Source of the DNA: Podospora anserina
Taxonomy: Eukaryota
Length of the DNA: 64,000 bases
Assembly: GCA_017654855.1 (NCBI GenBank)
Contig: CM030335.1
Coordinates: forward strand, 248,001 to 312,000
Direction: 5' to 3'
The notes under the pieces were generated by a model. It was not told where the DNA came from. It saw only the letters and a list, made by a program, of their open reading frames with translations, and searched no databases. The translations under genes were made by a program, and so were the position numbers. Position 1 is the first letter of the stretch; every line of letters begins with the position of its first letter. This document shows positions 13,231 through 24,856 of this stretch, one piece after another.

Positions 13231-15123
13231 ATGACGACAATCCCGGCGTTGCGGAGCGCCGCCGGCGGTTCCCCCTCGGCTGCGATGATGAGAAGGATGA
13301 TAGCCACCACCACCACGACGGCCACGATGACGAGGAGGGCGGGACAGCTTGGGGGATGGATGTCAAGACAGCAGCAGCAGCAGCAGAAAAGATTGGTTTC
13401 GTCGTTAGGGAATGATACGCAGCAGAAGGTGGGGGATTTATGTTGATGTACAAGGAAGGGAAAGAAATAAATGCTGACAGGCACATGCAGTTGCTTGCGG
13501 CGCATTTGCAGCAGGCGGATCCGATCATGTATGATATTGTCGAGAAGGTTAGTACCCAGGAGAAGGAGTGCGATGGGGCATGGGTGCGGGGGTGTGCCGA
13601 AGCTGACGTGGTGACAAACAGGAGAAAGTCAGGCAAAAGCAGTTCATCAACTTGATCCCTTCCGAGAACTTTACCTCGCAGGCTGTGCTGGATGCGCTGG
13701 GGAGTCCTATGCAGAGTGGGTTTTCTTGCGAACCTGGAGGAGTGGGACGAGAATGCTAATGGTGGACAACAGACAAGTACTCTGAGGGATACCCGGGTGC
13801 GAGATACTACGGCGGTAACGAGTTCATCGATGCCTCCGAGAGATTATGCCAGCAGCGCGCACTCGAGACGTTCGGACTGGATGCCAAGGAGTGGGGGGTG
13901 AATGTTCAAGGTAGGATAGGGGGAGGGACGGAGTCAAGAGAAAGAATGAGTGCTGACAATGTTGGGAATGAATAGCTCTCTCTGGTGCGCCAGCGAACCT
14001 GTATGTCTACTCAGCCATCATGGAAACTCATGATCGGTTGATGGGTCTCGATCTCCCCCACGGCGGCCATCTTTCCCACGGGTACCAGACCCCCACCAAG
14101 AAAATCTCGTTCATCTCCAAGTACTTCGAGACGGTTCCTTACCGACTTGACGAGTCCACCGGCCTGATCGACTACGATAAGCTCGAGGAGCTGGCAACCA
14201 TCTACCGCCCCAAGGTTATCGTCGCTGGCGCCTCGGCCTACAGCAGGCAAATCGATTATGCTCGTATGCGGGACATCGCCGACAAGGTGAAGGCCTACCT
14301 TGTGGCTGACATGGCTCATATCTCCGGTCTTGTCGCCGCCAAGGTCATGCCCGGGCCGTTTGGCTACGCAGACATTGTCACGACGACTTCTCACAAATCC
14401 CTCCGTGGCCCCCGTGGCGCGCTGATTTTCTTCCGCCGCGGTGTGAGGAAGGTCAACCCGAAGACCGGAGCGGAGGAGCTGTACAACCTCGAGAACCCCA
14501 TCAACCAATCCGTGTTTCCCGGCCACCAGGGCGGTCCGCACAACCACACTATTGCCGCCTTGGCCGTGGCGCTCAAGCAGGCACAAACACCAGAGTTCAG
14601 GGCGTATCAATCGCAGGTCTTGTCCAATGCCAAAGCCTTCGCCAAGAGGCTGGGTGAACCAAAGGAAAAGGGCGGGCTGGGCTACAAGATTGTCTCGGGC
14701 GGTACTGATAACCATCTTGTTCTTGTCGATCTGAAGCCGCACGGTGTGGACGGGGCGAGAGTGGAACGGATCCTGGAGTTGGTCGGGGTAGCTTCCAACA
14801 AGAACACTGTTCCGGGTGACAAGAGCGCGTTGACGCCTGGTGGGTTGAGGATGGGAACTCCGGCCATGACGACGAGAGGATTCCAGGAGGAGGACTTTGC
14901 GCGGGTAGCGGATATTGTCGATAGGTCGGTGACGATTGCGGTCAGGGTGGACAAGGCGGCGAGGAAGGCGGCTGAGGAAAAGGGGGAGGGGAAGACGGCG
15001 GGGAGGGTGAAGACCTTTATGGAGTTTTTGGGGGATGGGGAGACGGACACGGAGATTGTGCAGTTGAGGAGTGAGGTGGCGGATTGGGTGGGGACGTATC
15101 CTGTTCCTTGGGAGGGGAAGTAA
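13231..15123 (+). CDS. SHM1: Serine hydroxymethyltransferase, mitochondrial
   Basis: Exons 13231-13428, 13491-13547, 13622-13715, 13773-13910, 13976-15123. Motifs [29 protein letters not shown] and [13 protein letters not shown] (PLP lysine); Arg/Thr-rich presequence-like N-terminus. Confidence 0.95.
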
Positions 15124-15572
15124 GTGGTGTGGTGATGGGGGGGTTGGTGATGATGAGAAATGACATGATGAGATGAGGGAGGGGGGTCCGAGAAAGGAGT
15201 TTAACAGTCCTTTTGTCACGATGTGCAAGTTTTCCTTTTTTAGTTATTGTTGGTACTGTCTCAACATGGGTGTTTTAGGTATTGTTATGCATGTTTTGTA
15301 CTCGGTGAATGGGTATACACAGGTTTCTGTTAGGTTCGACTAAATTTAGTCTGAATGAAACATCTACATCTCATTTGTTCACTTTGAAGACCGATATCAT
15401 CATCCATATCTCATCATTAAAAAAAGCATGATGCTATTTTCGCTCATTCGCTTGCTAACATTCAAGTTACCAGACCCCAAGATACCTATCCATTCCACCT
15501 TTTGTGTAAGTGTTTTTTTGTATATCCATCCATCCAAGATGCCGTGTATCCAAAATTTTCCATCTAGTCATG

Positions 15573-18500
15573 TCACGAAGGCTCTCCCTCCCACAGTCCC
15601 AACACCCTCTCCCTCACCCCAGCCCTCTGCTTGATCCCCTCGTAATACTTTCTGAGATATACCTGCCTGACCTCCTCTTCCCCCTCCTCTGTAGTTTTCC
15701 CCTTGCTCCCAAAACTCACCGCAAACACCCGCTCCCCACAAACTCTCACAATATCATGCAACACCGGCCACAAGGCGAAATCCACCGGCGACGCCGTCTC
15801 CCCCCCAAGCACGAACAACCCCTTCCCCCTCTCCGCACCGGCCCTGACCTCCGCCTCCCAAAACTCCAGCTCCTCCCACAGCAGCACCGTCACAACCTTC
15901 TTCACCTTGCCCATCCCGGGCTCCTCCCCTCCCAACCTCTCCCCCAACCCCTCCCGAACAGGCCGCCAAACCCCCTCCCCAAACTCCCTCACCGCCCGGT
16001 CCAACAACATGAACCGCTTGGCCACCTGCCCAGGACCAAACTGATCATACCTCCTCCCCGCCCCGTAAACCGCATCCAAATACCTCAACACGTTCCCCCA
16101 CCCCTCCACCACCCCCCGGTCGGGATCGTTATCCTCAAACCTGCCCCCCGCGGTGCTCACGCTCCCCTTTGCGCAATTTACCCCCAACTCCCCCAGCGCG
16201 AACAAGACGCTCGCGTTGGCGATGACGTCGCTCCCGAGACAGTACCGCTTCGGCGTCCCCATGTGCAGCACAGTAAAACCGCCGGCGTAAAACCCCTCCC
16301 AGTCAAAAGCCGGATCGTTATTCTCGGCGGAAAAGGCCTTTAGGAGTTGAATCGCCTCCGGAGTCTGCCCGTTGCGGACGGGTTGGGCTTCACCAAAGGT
16401 TTTGCCGGGGGAGCCCTGGCCCCAGATGAGGGTTTGGGAGGGGTTGATGTACGTTCCGATTTGGCGGAAGGTGAGGGAGATGCGGTGGCCAGAGTGGGAG
16501 AGTTCAGAGGGGGATTTGGAAAGGGGGGGTCGTTTGTCCGGGCGGATGGCGTGGAGCCAGTGCCTGTTTGTCGAGAGGCCCATGCGGAGGAGCGAGTTGT
16601 GGGGGAGGGGGACGCGTTGGATCTGGCGTCTGGCTTTTTCCGCGGGCGAGGTTTCTTCTTGGTGGTGTTTAGAGGGGCGGCGTTTGGTGCGGAAAACCAT
16701 GGTTCGTTCGGCGCCGAGGGAGAGGTTGGCGATGAAGCTGTTGGGGACGATGTCGAGCGTTTTGTCGCTGTGCTCGCTGATGTAGTCGTCGCCGCCGCGA
16801 TAGTGCTGGATCAGGACGTGGTTGAGGGGGTGGCCGAGGTGCTTTTCGATTGCGGTCTTGATCTGGAGGACGGTGGGGGAGAAGGGGAGGAGAGGGGGCG
16901 ATTCGTCGGCTGGGTGGCGGTAGACGGGCATGTTTCCGTCCTTGTCGACTTCACCCTGGACGGCTATGCGACGAGGAACCTCGCCGCCCATGTGGGACAT
17001 GCCGGCCCAGCTGACTTCCTCCAGCAGACGTTCAAAGGCATCGGCCGCGAGAGTTGGCGAGAGAACATTGGTGATGACATGAGTGTCGCCTTCACAGGAA
17101 GGCTCAGACACAGCACTGGTGAGTTTGGCGTCCACACTCTTGGCATCCGGACCAGCTTCCATCTTGGGGCTGCCAGGCTCTTTGCTGTCCCTCTCAAAAT
17201 CCGAATCTACCTCGATCTTGGAGTTGGTCAGCTGCTGGGTGATCTTCTCAACCTCCGGGTCTGGCTCGATCTTGGGGCTGTCGTGTTGCTTCTTGTCCAT
17301 GGTGTCCGTCTCAGAGCCCACCTCGATCTTGGTTCTCTTGGTCTGGTGCTGCTCGTCTGGATCGGCTTTCTTCTCGGTCGAGTCCTTCACAGCAGGCGGA
17401 GTTGGGTCAGCGATGGGAGGGGACCTCGGCGGCGGTGCGAAGCTTTTATCGGAACCCGAGTGCCGCAGCCGTAGTCGGGCGTGTGTTCTTACCCTAGTGG
17501 CATTCTCAGATTTAGTGATTGGTGCGCCAGGGGCGCGGGCCGGACCTTGTGGGCTGCTCAATGACAGCTCGCCCTGCTTTGGACCACCAACACTCGTGAC
17601 GGGCTGCTTCTCCTCTTTCCTCAGCGACTCATCATTGTTGTCTGACGGCGACGAGTCCGAGTCAGCCTCCAAGGGCGTGTGTATGTATTGCTGTTGGACT
17701 TGGACATGGGCGTCTTGGGAAGGGCGTTGGTGTGCAGCAGTCGAAGTGCTTGGCCCGCTTGCGCCCCGATCTGGTGGAGGCGACGCCGTCTTGGCAGACG
17801 TGGAGGTGGGCCCGGGAGCCTTGTCTTTCCGTGGTGTGACCGAAGACCCGCTCGGCCGGTTCAACTGCATGTTGGAGATAAAGGGGGAGAGCCCAGACGG
17901 GCGGCTGTCTGCCGGCGGCGGTTGCAGTTCTTGCATGACTGCGCTGGCGTTGACCACCACGCTGCCCGTCAACTGCACGAGCTGTTTGACGGCGTTGAAG
18001 TGCCGCAGCTGATTCCGGAAACCACAGCAGTCCTCCACAATCGTCATCTCGTATCCATGTCTGCCTGCATCCAGCGCTGTCGCGTAGATGCTGATGTTGG
18101 TCAGGGCTCCACACACGTACAGCCCTGTCACGAAGCGACGCCTCAGTGTCTGCACCAACTCTTGTTGACTCGAGGCAAAGGCGCTGTAGTGTGTCTTGGT
18201 GAAGACAATATCCCGGGTGGCATCGACGGCTTCTTGGACTTCTGCAACCAACTCGGCTCCCTTGGTCCCCTTTCTAACACAGGGCTTCTTCGGGGCCCCT
18301 CCGTTGCTCAGAAATGCCTCGTCGTCAGCCTCCATCGCGGCGCCATCGTGTTCTCGTGAGGTGGGAGGGCGACCCCGAGCGCTGCCTGGTCTTGGTGGGC
18401 GTATTGGCACGTTGGCTGTGATGATCTGCTCTCCTTCGGCCGATAATGACCGGTGACGCTCAAACTCGCTGCGGACCCAGACCACATCACCGGCGCCAGA

Positions 18501-18674
18501 ATCTCGGAAAGCTTTGACCAACTCAAGGGACCGCTTCACAAAGTCGTCAGGCTCGCTCACAGGCAGAGCTCCGTCTGGGGAAATAAAGTCATTCTGGAGG
18601 TCGACGACCAGCAGGGCCTTCCGTGTCCGTATGGCCGGAATGGCGGCGGGGTTGATGGGGAACGCAGGGCGCAT
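15573..18674 (-). CDS. Multidomain protein: isochorismatase-like hydrolase, low-complexity linker, AlkB-type 2OG-Fe(II) oxygenase, GST C-terminal-like region
   Basis: 1033-aa ORF. ALLVVDLQNDF/FTKTHYSAF/IVEDCCG (cysteine-hydrolase fold); YISEHSDKTLD...WLHAI...RISLTFR (HxD..H..R); FVLGGETASPVDFALWPVL (GST_C-like). Confidence 0.85.
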   Translation of the reverse strand: MRPAFPINPAAIPAIRTRKALLVVDLQNDFISPDGALPVSEPDDFVKRSLELVKAFRDSGAGDVVWVRSEFERHRSLSAEGEQIITANVPIRPPRPGSARGRPPTSREHDGAAMEADDEAFLSNGGAPKKPCVRKGTKGAELVAEVQEAVDATRDIVFTKTHYSAFASSQQELVQTLRRRFVTGLYVCGALTNISIYATALDAGRHGYEMTIVEDCCGFRNQLRHFNAVKQLVQLTGSVVVNASAVMQELQPPPADSRPSGLSPFISNMQLNRPSGSSVTPRKDKAPGPTSTSAKTASPPPDRGASGPSTSTAAHQRPSQDAHVQVQQQYIHTPLEADSDSSPSDNNDESLRKEEKQPVTSVGGPKQGELSLSSPQGPARAPGAPITKSENATRVRTHARLRLRHSGSDKSFAPPPRSPPIADPTPPAVKDSTEKKADPDEQHQTKRTKIEVGSETDTMDKKQHDSPKIEPDPEVEKITQQLTNSKIEVDSDFERDSKEPGSPKMEAGPDAKSVDAKLTSAVSEPSCEGDTHVITNVLSPTLAADAFERLLEEVSWAGMSHMGGEVPRRIAVQGEVDKDGNMPVYRHPADESPPLLPFSPTVLQIKTAIEKHLGHPLNHVLIQHYRGGDDYISEHSDKTLDIVPNSFIANLSLGAERTMVFRTKRRPSKHHQEETSPAEKARRQIQRVPLPHNSLLRMGLSTNRHWLHAIRPDKRPPLSKSPSELSHSGHRISLTFRQIGTYINPSQTLIWGQGSPGKTFGEAQPVRNGQTPEAIQLLKAFSAENNDPAFDWEGFYAGGFTVLHMGTPKRYCLGSDVIANASVLFALGELGVNCAKGSVSTAGGRFEDNDPDRGVVEGWGNVLRYLDAVYGAGRRYDQFGPGQVAKRFMLLDRAVREFGEGVWRPVREGLGERLGGEEPGMGKVKKVVTVLLWEELEFWEAEVRAGAERGKGLFVLGGETASPVDFALWPVLHDIVRVCGERVFAVSFGSKGKTTEEGEEEVRQVYLRKYYEGIKQRAGVRERVLGLWEGEPS

Positions 18675-21148
18675 GATGTGTTGACAGGCTTATGATAACA
18701 TCAGTTTCTTGTTCAAAATGTCAACAAAAGAAGAAATTGAAAAGGGGGAGGAAACAACCTTCAGAGTATTCTTGGATTTTCCACACAGCATCACCGGCCC
18801 GTCAACTCGATATGAGATATGCTTGAAAAGGCAAGAGACAGAAAAATTCAAGTCATAGGGCGCGTTGTTGACATGGCAAGCAAGCGTCGGCCGTGTCAGG
18901 TTGCAGCGGGTGGATGGTTCGTCGAGTGGCGCCTCGCTCTGTTTCACTCCCTGAGCTCCTCCGAGGTTGACGTCGATGTCTGGTGGGCCAAAAGATGCCG
19001 TTCTCGGATCGGAAGCTTGTCACTGGGATATCCACTTGCCGCGGCGGGGCGTTTTAGTTGGTCGTTCTTGGAGGTTGGCGCGTATCGTCCCTCGAGCTGG
19101 CTTTTGGGGCAGATGATGGTGTTGACAGGAAAAGTACACGGGGACATCAACAGACTGAGCCAAGCGTTATTATTTGGTCATTCGGCGGCGGCGCAAACTC
19201 GAACCGGGCCGGACACTTTCAGGAAGGCTTCCGCTCTCGGTGGAAGAATCGGTCAGCAGAGACAGCAAAAGTCTCCGTGTTCAGACAAGAAGAAGAGAAG
19301 GTGACAAGACGGTTTTATGATCGGGGCCCGGGATGCGGCGGTGGGGTAAAAATGGCGATACGACCTTCATCTCTCAGATCGGAATCTCTTCTTCTGAAGG
19401 CTCGGGTGTGTGTGAGTGGTCCGCAATTTATCTGGCCCTGCCAGGCCCTCGCCAAGCACTGCAACAGCAACAACACCACGCATACACTACACGCCCCCCC
19501 TCCATTTCCTGAAAATCATGTGTCTCCGTGTCTCATCAACCATCAACCTGCTGGAAGGAGTAAGGCCAGCTCTTGACACTGACAGGACCCCTGCCCCGCA
19601 TGTTCGGACGGATGGCCCCAGGCCCAGATGCTCAGGGCAAGGATCACGACAACCTTGAGGTGGCATTGGCCAACCACACTCTCCCGGAGCTGGCTCCTCG
19701 ACCCCACCATCCATCCCACTTCACGTCGGTCTATCATCAGGGCGAGATTTACATCCAAGAGGAGAGGATGATATTCCCTCATGATGCAATGGCTCGAGCC
19801 CACAAGGACGAACGAAACTTGATACCATTTACCAACAGCCATCGTCCCTTGAAGACTCCCCTCTCTCGCACCCTCACCACAAAATAGTTTGACACACAAA
19901 AGTAACTTGACCGATATTATACTATGAACCATGCTTTAAAAGTAAAGAAACGGGCCCTTTAAACGATCTTTTAAAGCCTATAGACCATCCTTCAAGTCAT
20001 GTTGACCTACTTTCGTGTCTCAATTATTCTGTGGCAAGGGTGCCTCAGAATACCAGGTACACGACCGCTACCACCCAACCTGAACAACGGAAATGTAAGT
20101 TTCCGAACACGCTGTTGGTCTGCTCGTAAAACTCTTATAGATCTGATATACCCACCCATCCGAAACCAGTCTCATAATCCAGGAACAGAAATCTATATCA
20201 AGCAAGAACCGCCACTTACCAACCGCCTACAGGTATGTACTCACGGAACTCCACGGAAAACCTCAGAAACATACACAAAATCCTGCAGCCGACTTTGGGA
20301 ACGTTGGATGATGGCCCGGGCCTGCATATGCACGCGAAAACGGCGTCTGCGTGTTTCTGCTCACATGACGCAGAGACACACGGCAGGTTGGCGGTCAGGG
20401 AGATTCATCAGGATAGGAAACGGAGGAACGGCCTGGTCCGTGTCTTTTACTGTGTGCGAAGACATTCATGATCTGAGATCCTTCCATGTTTATGTTGCAT
20501 CAGACAGCTAGTTTATCGCTTTCCGCAACGCGGCACAGCTCCTGCCAGGCAGGCATATTGAAGGCACAGGGCACATCATATACGTTGTAGAATGCAAGGG
20601 CTAATTGCACCTCGTCTCAAGTATATCCACAGGCCAGCCAGAAGTTCACAAGAAAACACAACCGCAGCAAGCTGAATAATAATCCTCACCCGAGACAACC
20701 AGGGGCGTGGAGGGAAAATGCAGAATCTGGCGGCGGCGGCGGCGAGCGTTCAACACGAGCAGGAGCATCGACACAAATCTGCAGCCATCCACCAGAAGAT
20801 CATCCGTCAATGATATTGGATCTCGACATGCAGTTGGAGACAGACATCAAGCAGGGACAACAGTGCGAGAAAGGCCAAGGCCAAGACAAGACAAGACGGG
20901 AGGGAGCGGAAGCATGCGTCGCCGTTTAGGTAGGGTTCTGTGCTGCTGTGCTGCTGGGCACAGAGATGAGTTCCCCGAACCCAGACATTGACGTGGCTAG
21001 CCGTTTTGTGTGTCTATTTTGGACTGTGCATACCGCTAGATCTGTACCCCGAGGTCGCCGAGCAAGACCTGATCCAGAATATCCCAGCCTGGCTTGATGA
21101 CCCCAAGATATCCCCATCGCTCTTTGGTGACAAGTAGACAGAACCAAC

Positions 21149-22564
21149 TCAATTAGGCACCTCCGGAATCCTCATCACTCCCCTCCACCCCAACATCCCC
21201 CTCAACACCTCCACCACCTCGTCAAAATCCGGCCTCCCCTCCACATCCCCATCCTCGCACCTTCTCTGCAGCTCCTCCAACCCCCTCCTCATCGCCCTCT
21301 CCCGCTCCCCCTCCCCCCTTTCTTCCACAAGCCCGAGCACATCCCCCACCAACCTCCCAAACGCCGCCACCTCCACCCTCTCCACCCCATCCTCCTCCTC
21401 CCCATACACGCTCGCCGCCCCAAAATCCCCCAACAACCCATGCCCATCCCCCTTGCTAGCCAAAACATTATGCGCGTATAAATCCCCATGACAGATCCTC
21501 CGCCCATGTAGATGCGCCCCCGCCCCCGCAATTCCCGTCAGCATCTCCACCGCCTTCCCCATCTCCCACCCCCTCTCGCCCTCCGTAAACCGATCCCGTG
21601 TGCAGCTCTCCAGATCCGGCGGCAAGCCCAAAACTTCATACCCCCCCGGCACCAAACTCATCACAATCCCCCCCTTCACCCCTTCCCTTTCCCCTTCAGA
21701 ATATCCCGTAACCTTTCCCACAACACCTATCAACGACTCGTGCGACCCGGCGAGCAACACCGCCTCCATCTCATCTTCCGGCCTGCCGTCGCTCGTGAGA
21801 GAACCTCTGAACATTTTGACGGCTACGTCTTCTGTGAAGTCGGAATCAGGGGAGGGCTTCCATTCTGCTTGAGAGATGATGCCCGAGGCGCCCCGGCCGA
21901 GCACGCGGGAGATGGCGAGGGAGCTGTAGGGGATGTCGAGGAGGCCAAAGGGGAGTTTGTGGGCTTTGCGGGAGGAGAGGGAGCAGGGGTTTCCGGCGAA
22001 GGAGAGGTAGGCTAGCTTGGGGAAGGCGGTGAACAAGAACTTGGGGAGGGAAGAAAAGTTGTTGGCCGAGAGGCGGAGGAGGGTGAGGTTTTGGCATTGG
22101 GTGAGGGAGAGGGGGAGGGTGGAGAGGTTGTTGCCCGCCAGGAGGCATTTCTCGAGGTTGGGACACGAGGAGATGGAGGAGGGGAGGGAGGGGATGCGGT
22201 TGTCGGTCAGGATTAGCCAGCGGAGTTTGGGGGGGAGGGTGTTTTCGGGTATGCTGGTGAGCGAGTTGTGGCGGAAGGCGACCATTTCTAGGGTGTGGTG
22301 GGAGGAGAGGTCCGGGAAGGTGGTGAAGGCGCAGTTGGAGAGGAAGAGGATTTTGAGGTTGGGGAGAGAGGTGGTGAAATTGGGTGGGAGAGAAGAAAGA
22401 CCTGTCCCGGAGAGGTCGAGGTAGGTTAGGGAGGGCCCGAAGGTGAAGATCTCATCAGGGAAGACGGTGAGGGAGGGCGTGGGAGTGAGCTTGAACTTGG
22501 TGAGGGCGAGGTTGGCAAGGGAGCCATTTTGAAGGGCCTCGAGGTCGTAGGTGTCGTTGCTCAT
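21149..22564 (-). CDS. Leucine-rich-repeat plus protein kinase (bacterial-type LRR-kinase family)
   Basis: Intronless; ATG at 22564 (MSNDTYDL). LxxLxLSxNxL repeats, then GRGASG, VAVK, HGDLYAHN and DFGAAS kinase motifs. Confidence 0.88.
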   Translation of the reverse strand: MSNDTYDLEALQNGSLANLALTKFKLTPTPSLTVFPDEIFTFGPSLTYLDLSGTGLSSLPPNFTTSLPNLKILFLSNCAFTTFPDLSSHHTLEMVAFRHNSLTSIPENTLPPKLRWLILTDNRIPSLPSSISSCPNLEKCLLAGNNLSTLPLSLTQCQNLTLLRLSANNFSSLPKFLFTAFPKLAYLSFAGNPCSLSSRKAHKLPFGLLDIPYSSLAISRVLGRGASGIISQAEWKPSPDSDFTEDVAVKMFRGSLTSDGRPEDEMEAVLLAGSHESLIGVVGKVTGYSEGEREGVKGGIVMSLVPGGYEVLGLPPDLESCTRDRFTEGERGWEMGKAVEMLTGIAGAGAHLHGRRICHGDLYAHNVLASKGDGHGLLGDFGAASVYGEEEDGVERVEVAAFGRLVGDVLGLVEERGEGERERAMRRGLEELQRRCEDGDVEGRPDFDEVVEVLRGMLGWRGVMRIPEVPN

Positions 22565-23125
22565 TGTAAAGTGCTGGCTTACACTGTGGACTTGGTTGGT
22601 GATCACTGGGCAGAGTGAAAAGCAGAGTGAGCTGAAGTTGAGGCGGGTGAGGCTTCCGAGATTCCAGCCCCAGAGCGGGTCCTCATGCTGGGCTTCTCGT
22701 CTCACCCGCCTCTGCCCCACAGGGCATACTGAGCATCACATGAGCAAAAGTAAAGACATTCTTATCATGAATATTCCAAACTCAAATCATCTGAAATGAG
22801 CGCGCGCAAATCGATTGAAATATTCTGACAAGGCACAAAACTGGTGAAGAGAGAGATGCTCAAGGCTGAAATCTGAAGTGGAGATAACTGTGGGGTTGTG
22901 CAGGGTGAAGCTAGTGCAACGGCCCTTTGACATCAGTGGACCGTGCTCCCGTCAGATTGAACCGCCGCCGAACTTGGGACCCAACTTCCATTGCCAATCT
23001 CAAACCCTCTCCAGCAAAAGGCCAGTCCCGTTGCGAGCGACAAAACAAAGGCCTCCACACATCCACTCCGAACCGTCACAATAGAATTGGTTCCGTACTC
23101 GATCTACCGATACAAATCCATCACA

Positions 23126-24260
23126 ATGTCGTCCGAGGCGCGAAAACGGACGGCAGAGCCCACCGACGACGAGCTGCCAGCCAAGAGGCAACGAAGCGTG
23201 GAGGGCGACATCGACTCGGCCGTGGAACAACTGCAGGCATTGAATATCGCACCTTCCATCACCCATGAGGAGATGGCGCGCGCTGGACTGCGTCGCGCCA
23301 TCGCCCTCGCCTTGAAGCATGTTGGATTCGACTCGGCCGCGAAGGATGCCATGGAGATGTTTACAACGATGGTGGAAGAGTGTAGGTCTTGCATGACGGT
23401 CATCAACAGCCTAGTTGAAGATCTAACAATGAAAACCAGATGTCGAGTCGCTCTTCGGGACTGTCAAGATCAATGCCAATGCTGCTCGCCGTTCCCAACC
23501 CATTCCTCGCGACTTTGAGCGCGCGTTGAAGTACTTCAACCTGACCACCACTGCGCTCGAACCACACAAGAAGAATCCCATTCCAAGAGCCAAGAGGATA
23601 CCTGAATACGAGCCGATACCAGAGCGCGATCCCGTTTTCGTCGACATGCCAGTACTCGGCGCGGAGCTGGACGGTGCTCGCGACAAGGAATCTAAACTCT
23701 ACATCCCCAAGTCGTTCCCTGCCTTTCCAAGCATTCATACCTACAGATACACGCCTGAGACGGTTGAGACCGCTACCGTGGTGGACGACTGGGGGAGCTT
23801 TGCTTCGGATTCACAATCCCAGACGCTCAACGGATCACAAGCCACGCCACAGCCGCAACGACCGCTTGCACCCGAGGAGATTCCCCATGGCGATCCCAAG
23901 AAGCTGCGCGAGGCTGCCGCAAAGGAAGCAAAGGCAGGGGAGGCGGCTCTACGAAGGTTGATGCGCGCCTCCAAGATCGCGAAGCAGAAAGAGGTCTGGA
24001 CTTCGGCGCAGTCTCGGCCAGCGAGGCGGGAGCGTCATGAGCTTTGGGAGTCTGCTATGCGCGAGTTCATCGAGGATGACACGAGGGCCAGCGGCAAAGA
24101 GGTGGCGTCAGGAGGGTTGCATGGCGAGAAGGGCAGGTTCGAGATTGCCGATCATAGCATGATTGTCAACACGGAGAAGCGCTATTTCAGGCATGAAGTC
24201 CCTCGAAGTGGTGCCAGGAAGGCTTTGGCCGCCGCTCAGGGTATCTCCAGCAAGGGTTGA
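23126..24260 (+). CDS. TAF8: TFIID subunit 8 (TAF8-like, bromodomain-associated histone fold)
   Basis: Exons 23126-23381 and 23440-24260. LRRAIALALKHVGFDSA...NAARRSQPIPRDF histone fold; YIPKSFPAFPSIHTY TAF8 C-terminal motif. Confidence 0.82.
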
Positions 24261-24856
24261 GGGGTGGTATGGGACGTATAGAGCCGCACAGAATGCAGGA
24301 CTATGGGATTCGGGGATTTGTATTGCAAGAGGAAGCAAGACAGGGTTGGGATGCATCACAGGAGTTTGTACTTAATTTTGGCGCTGGGGAGACGGACGGG
24401 AAAACGGGATCATTGATACCCCATGCACAACTCTTCTAGAAAATAAGGGTCAATCAGAAGCATATAGCTTAGCTTTAATCTATTACCATCGCTGAACTCT
24501 TTGTTCTCCTGTTTATCCGCAATGGACATCATTCCTTATCACTTATCAAAGTTGCCTTATCGATAGCAAGGACACGGCCCATGTCCAGGCGGGCCCGGGC
24601 TCAGCTCCACCTAGCTCCAAAGCTAGGTCGGTGCCCCACATACCGACCGCCAGCTGGGAATGGCTGTCCAGCGACTGGCGGACCGGCGAGCAAAGTGTAC
24701 CCCACGATCGGACCCTATTTTCGCCGCACAAAAGTTTTGGCAATTCCCAGAGGATCCCGCAGCGCCCCGATTTCTTGCTGACCCCGACGACTCGAGGCAC
24801 CGCGAAAAAGCTCACCATTCTTCCCAAGATACTTGCATCTCAGGAAGCACATCAAG

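Noticed and set aside
14011..15228. 405-aa antisense ORF over SHMT; similar cases at 16347-17474, 48702-50174 and 54150-54884
   Set aside because: Antisense shadows of well-supported genes.
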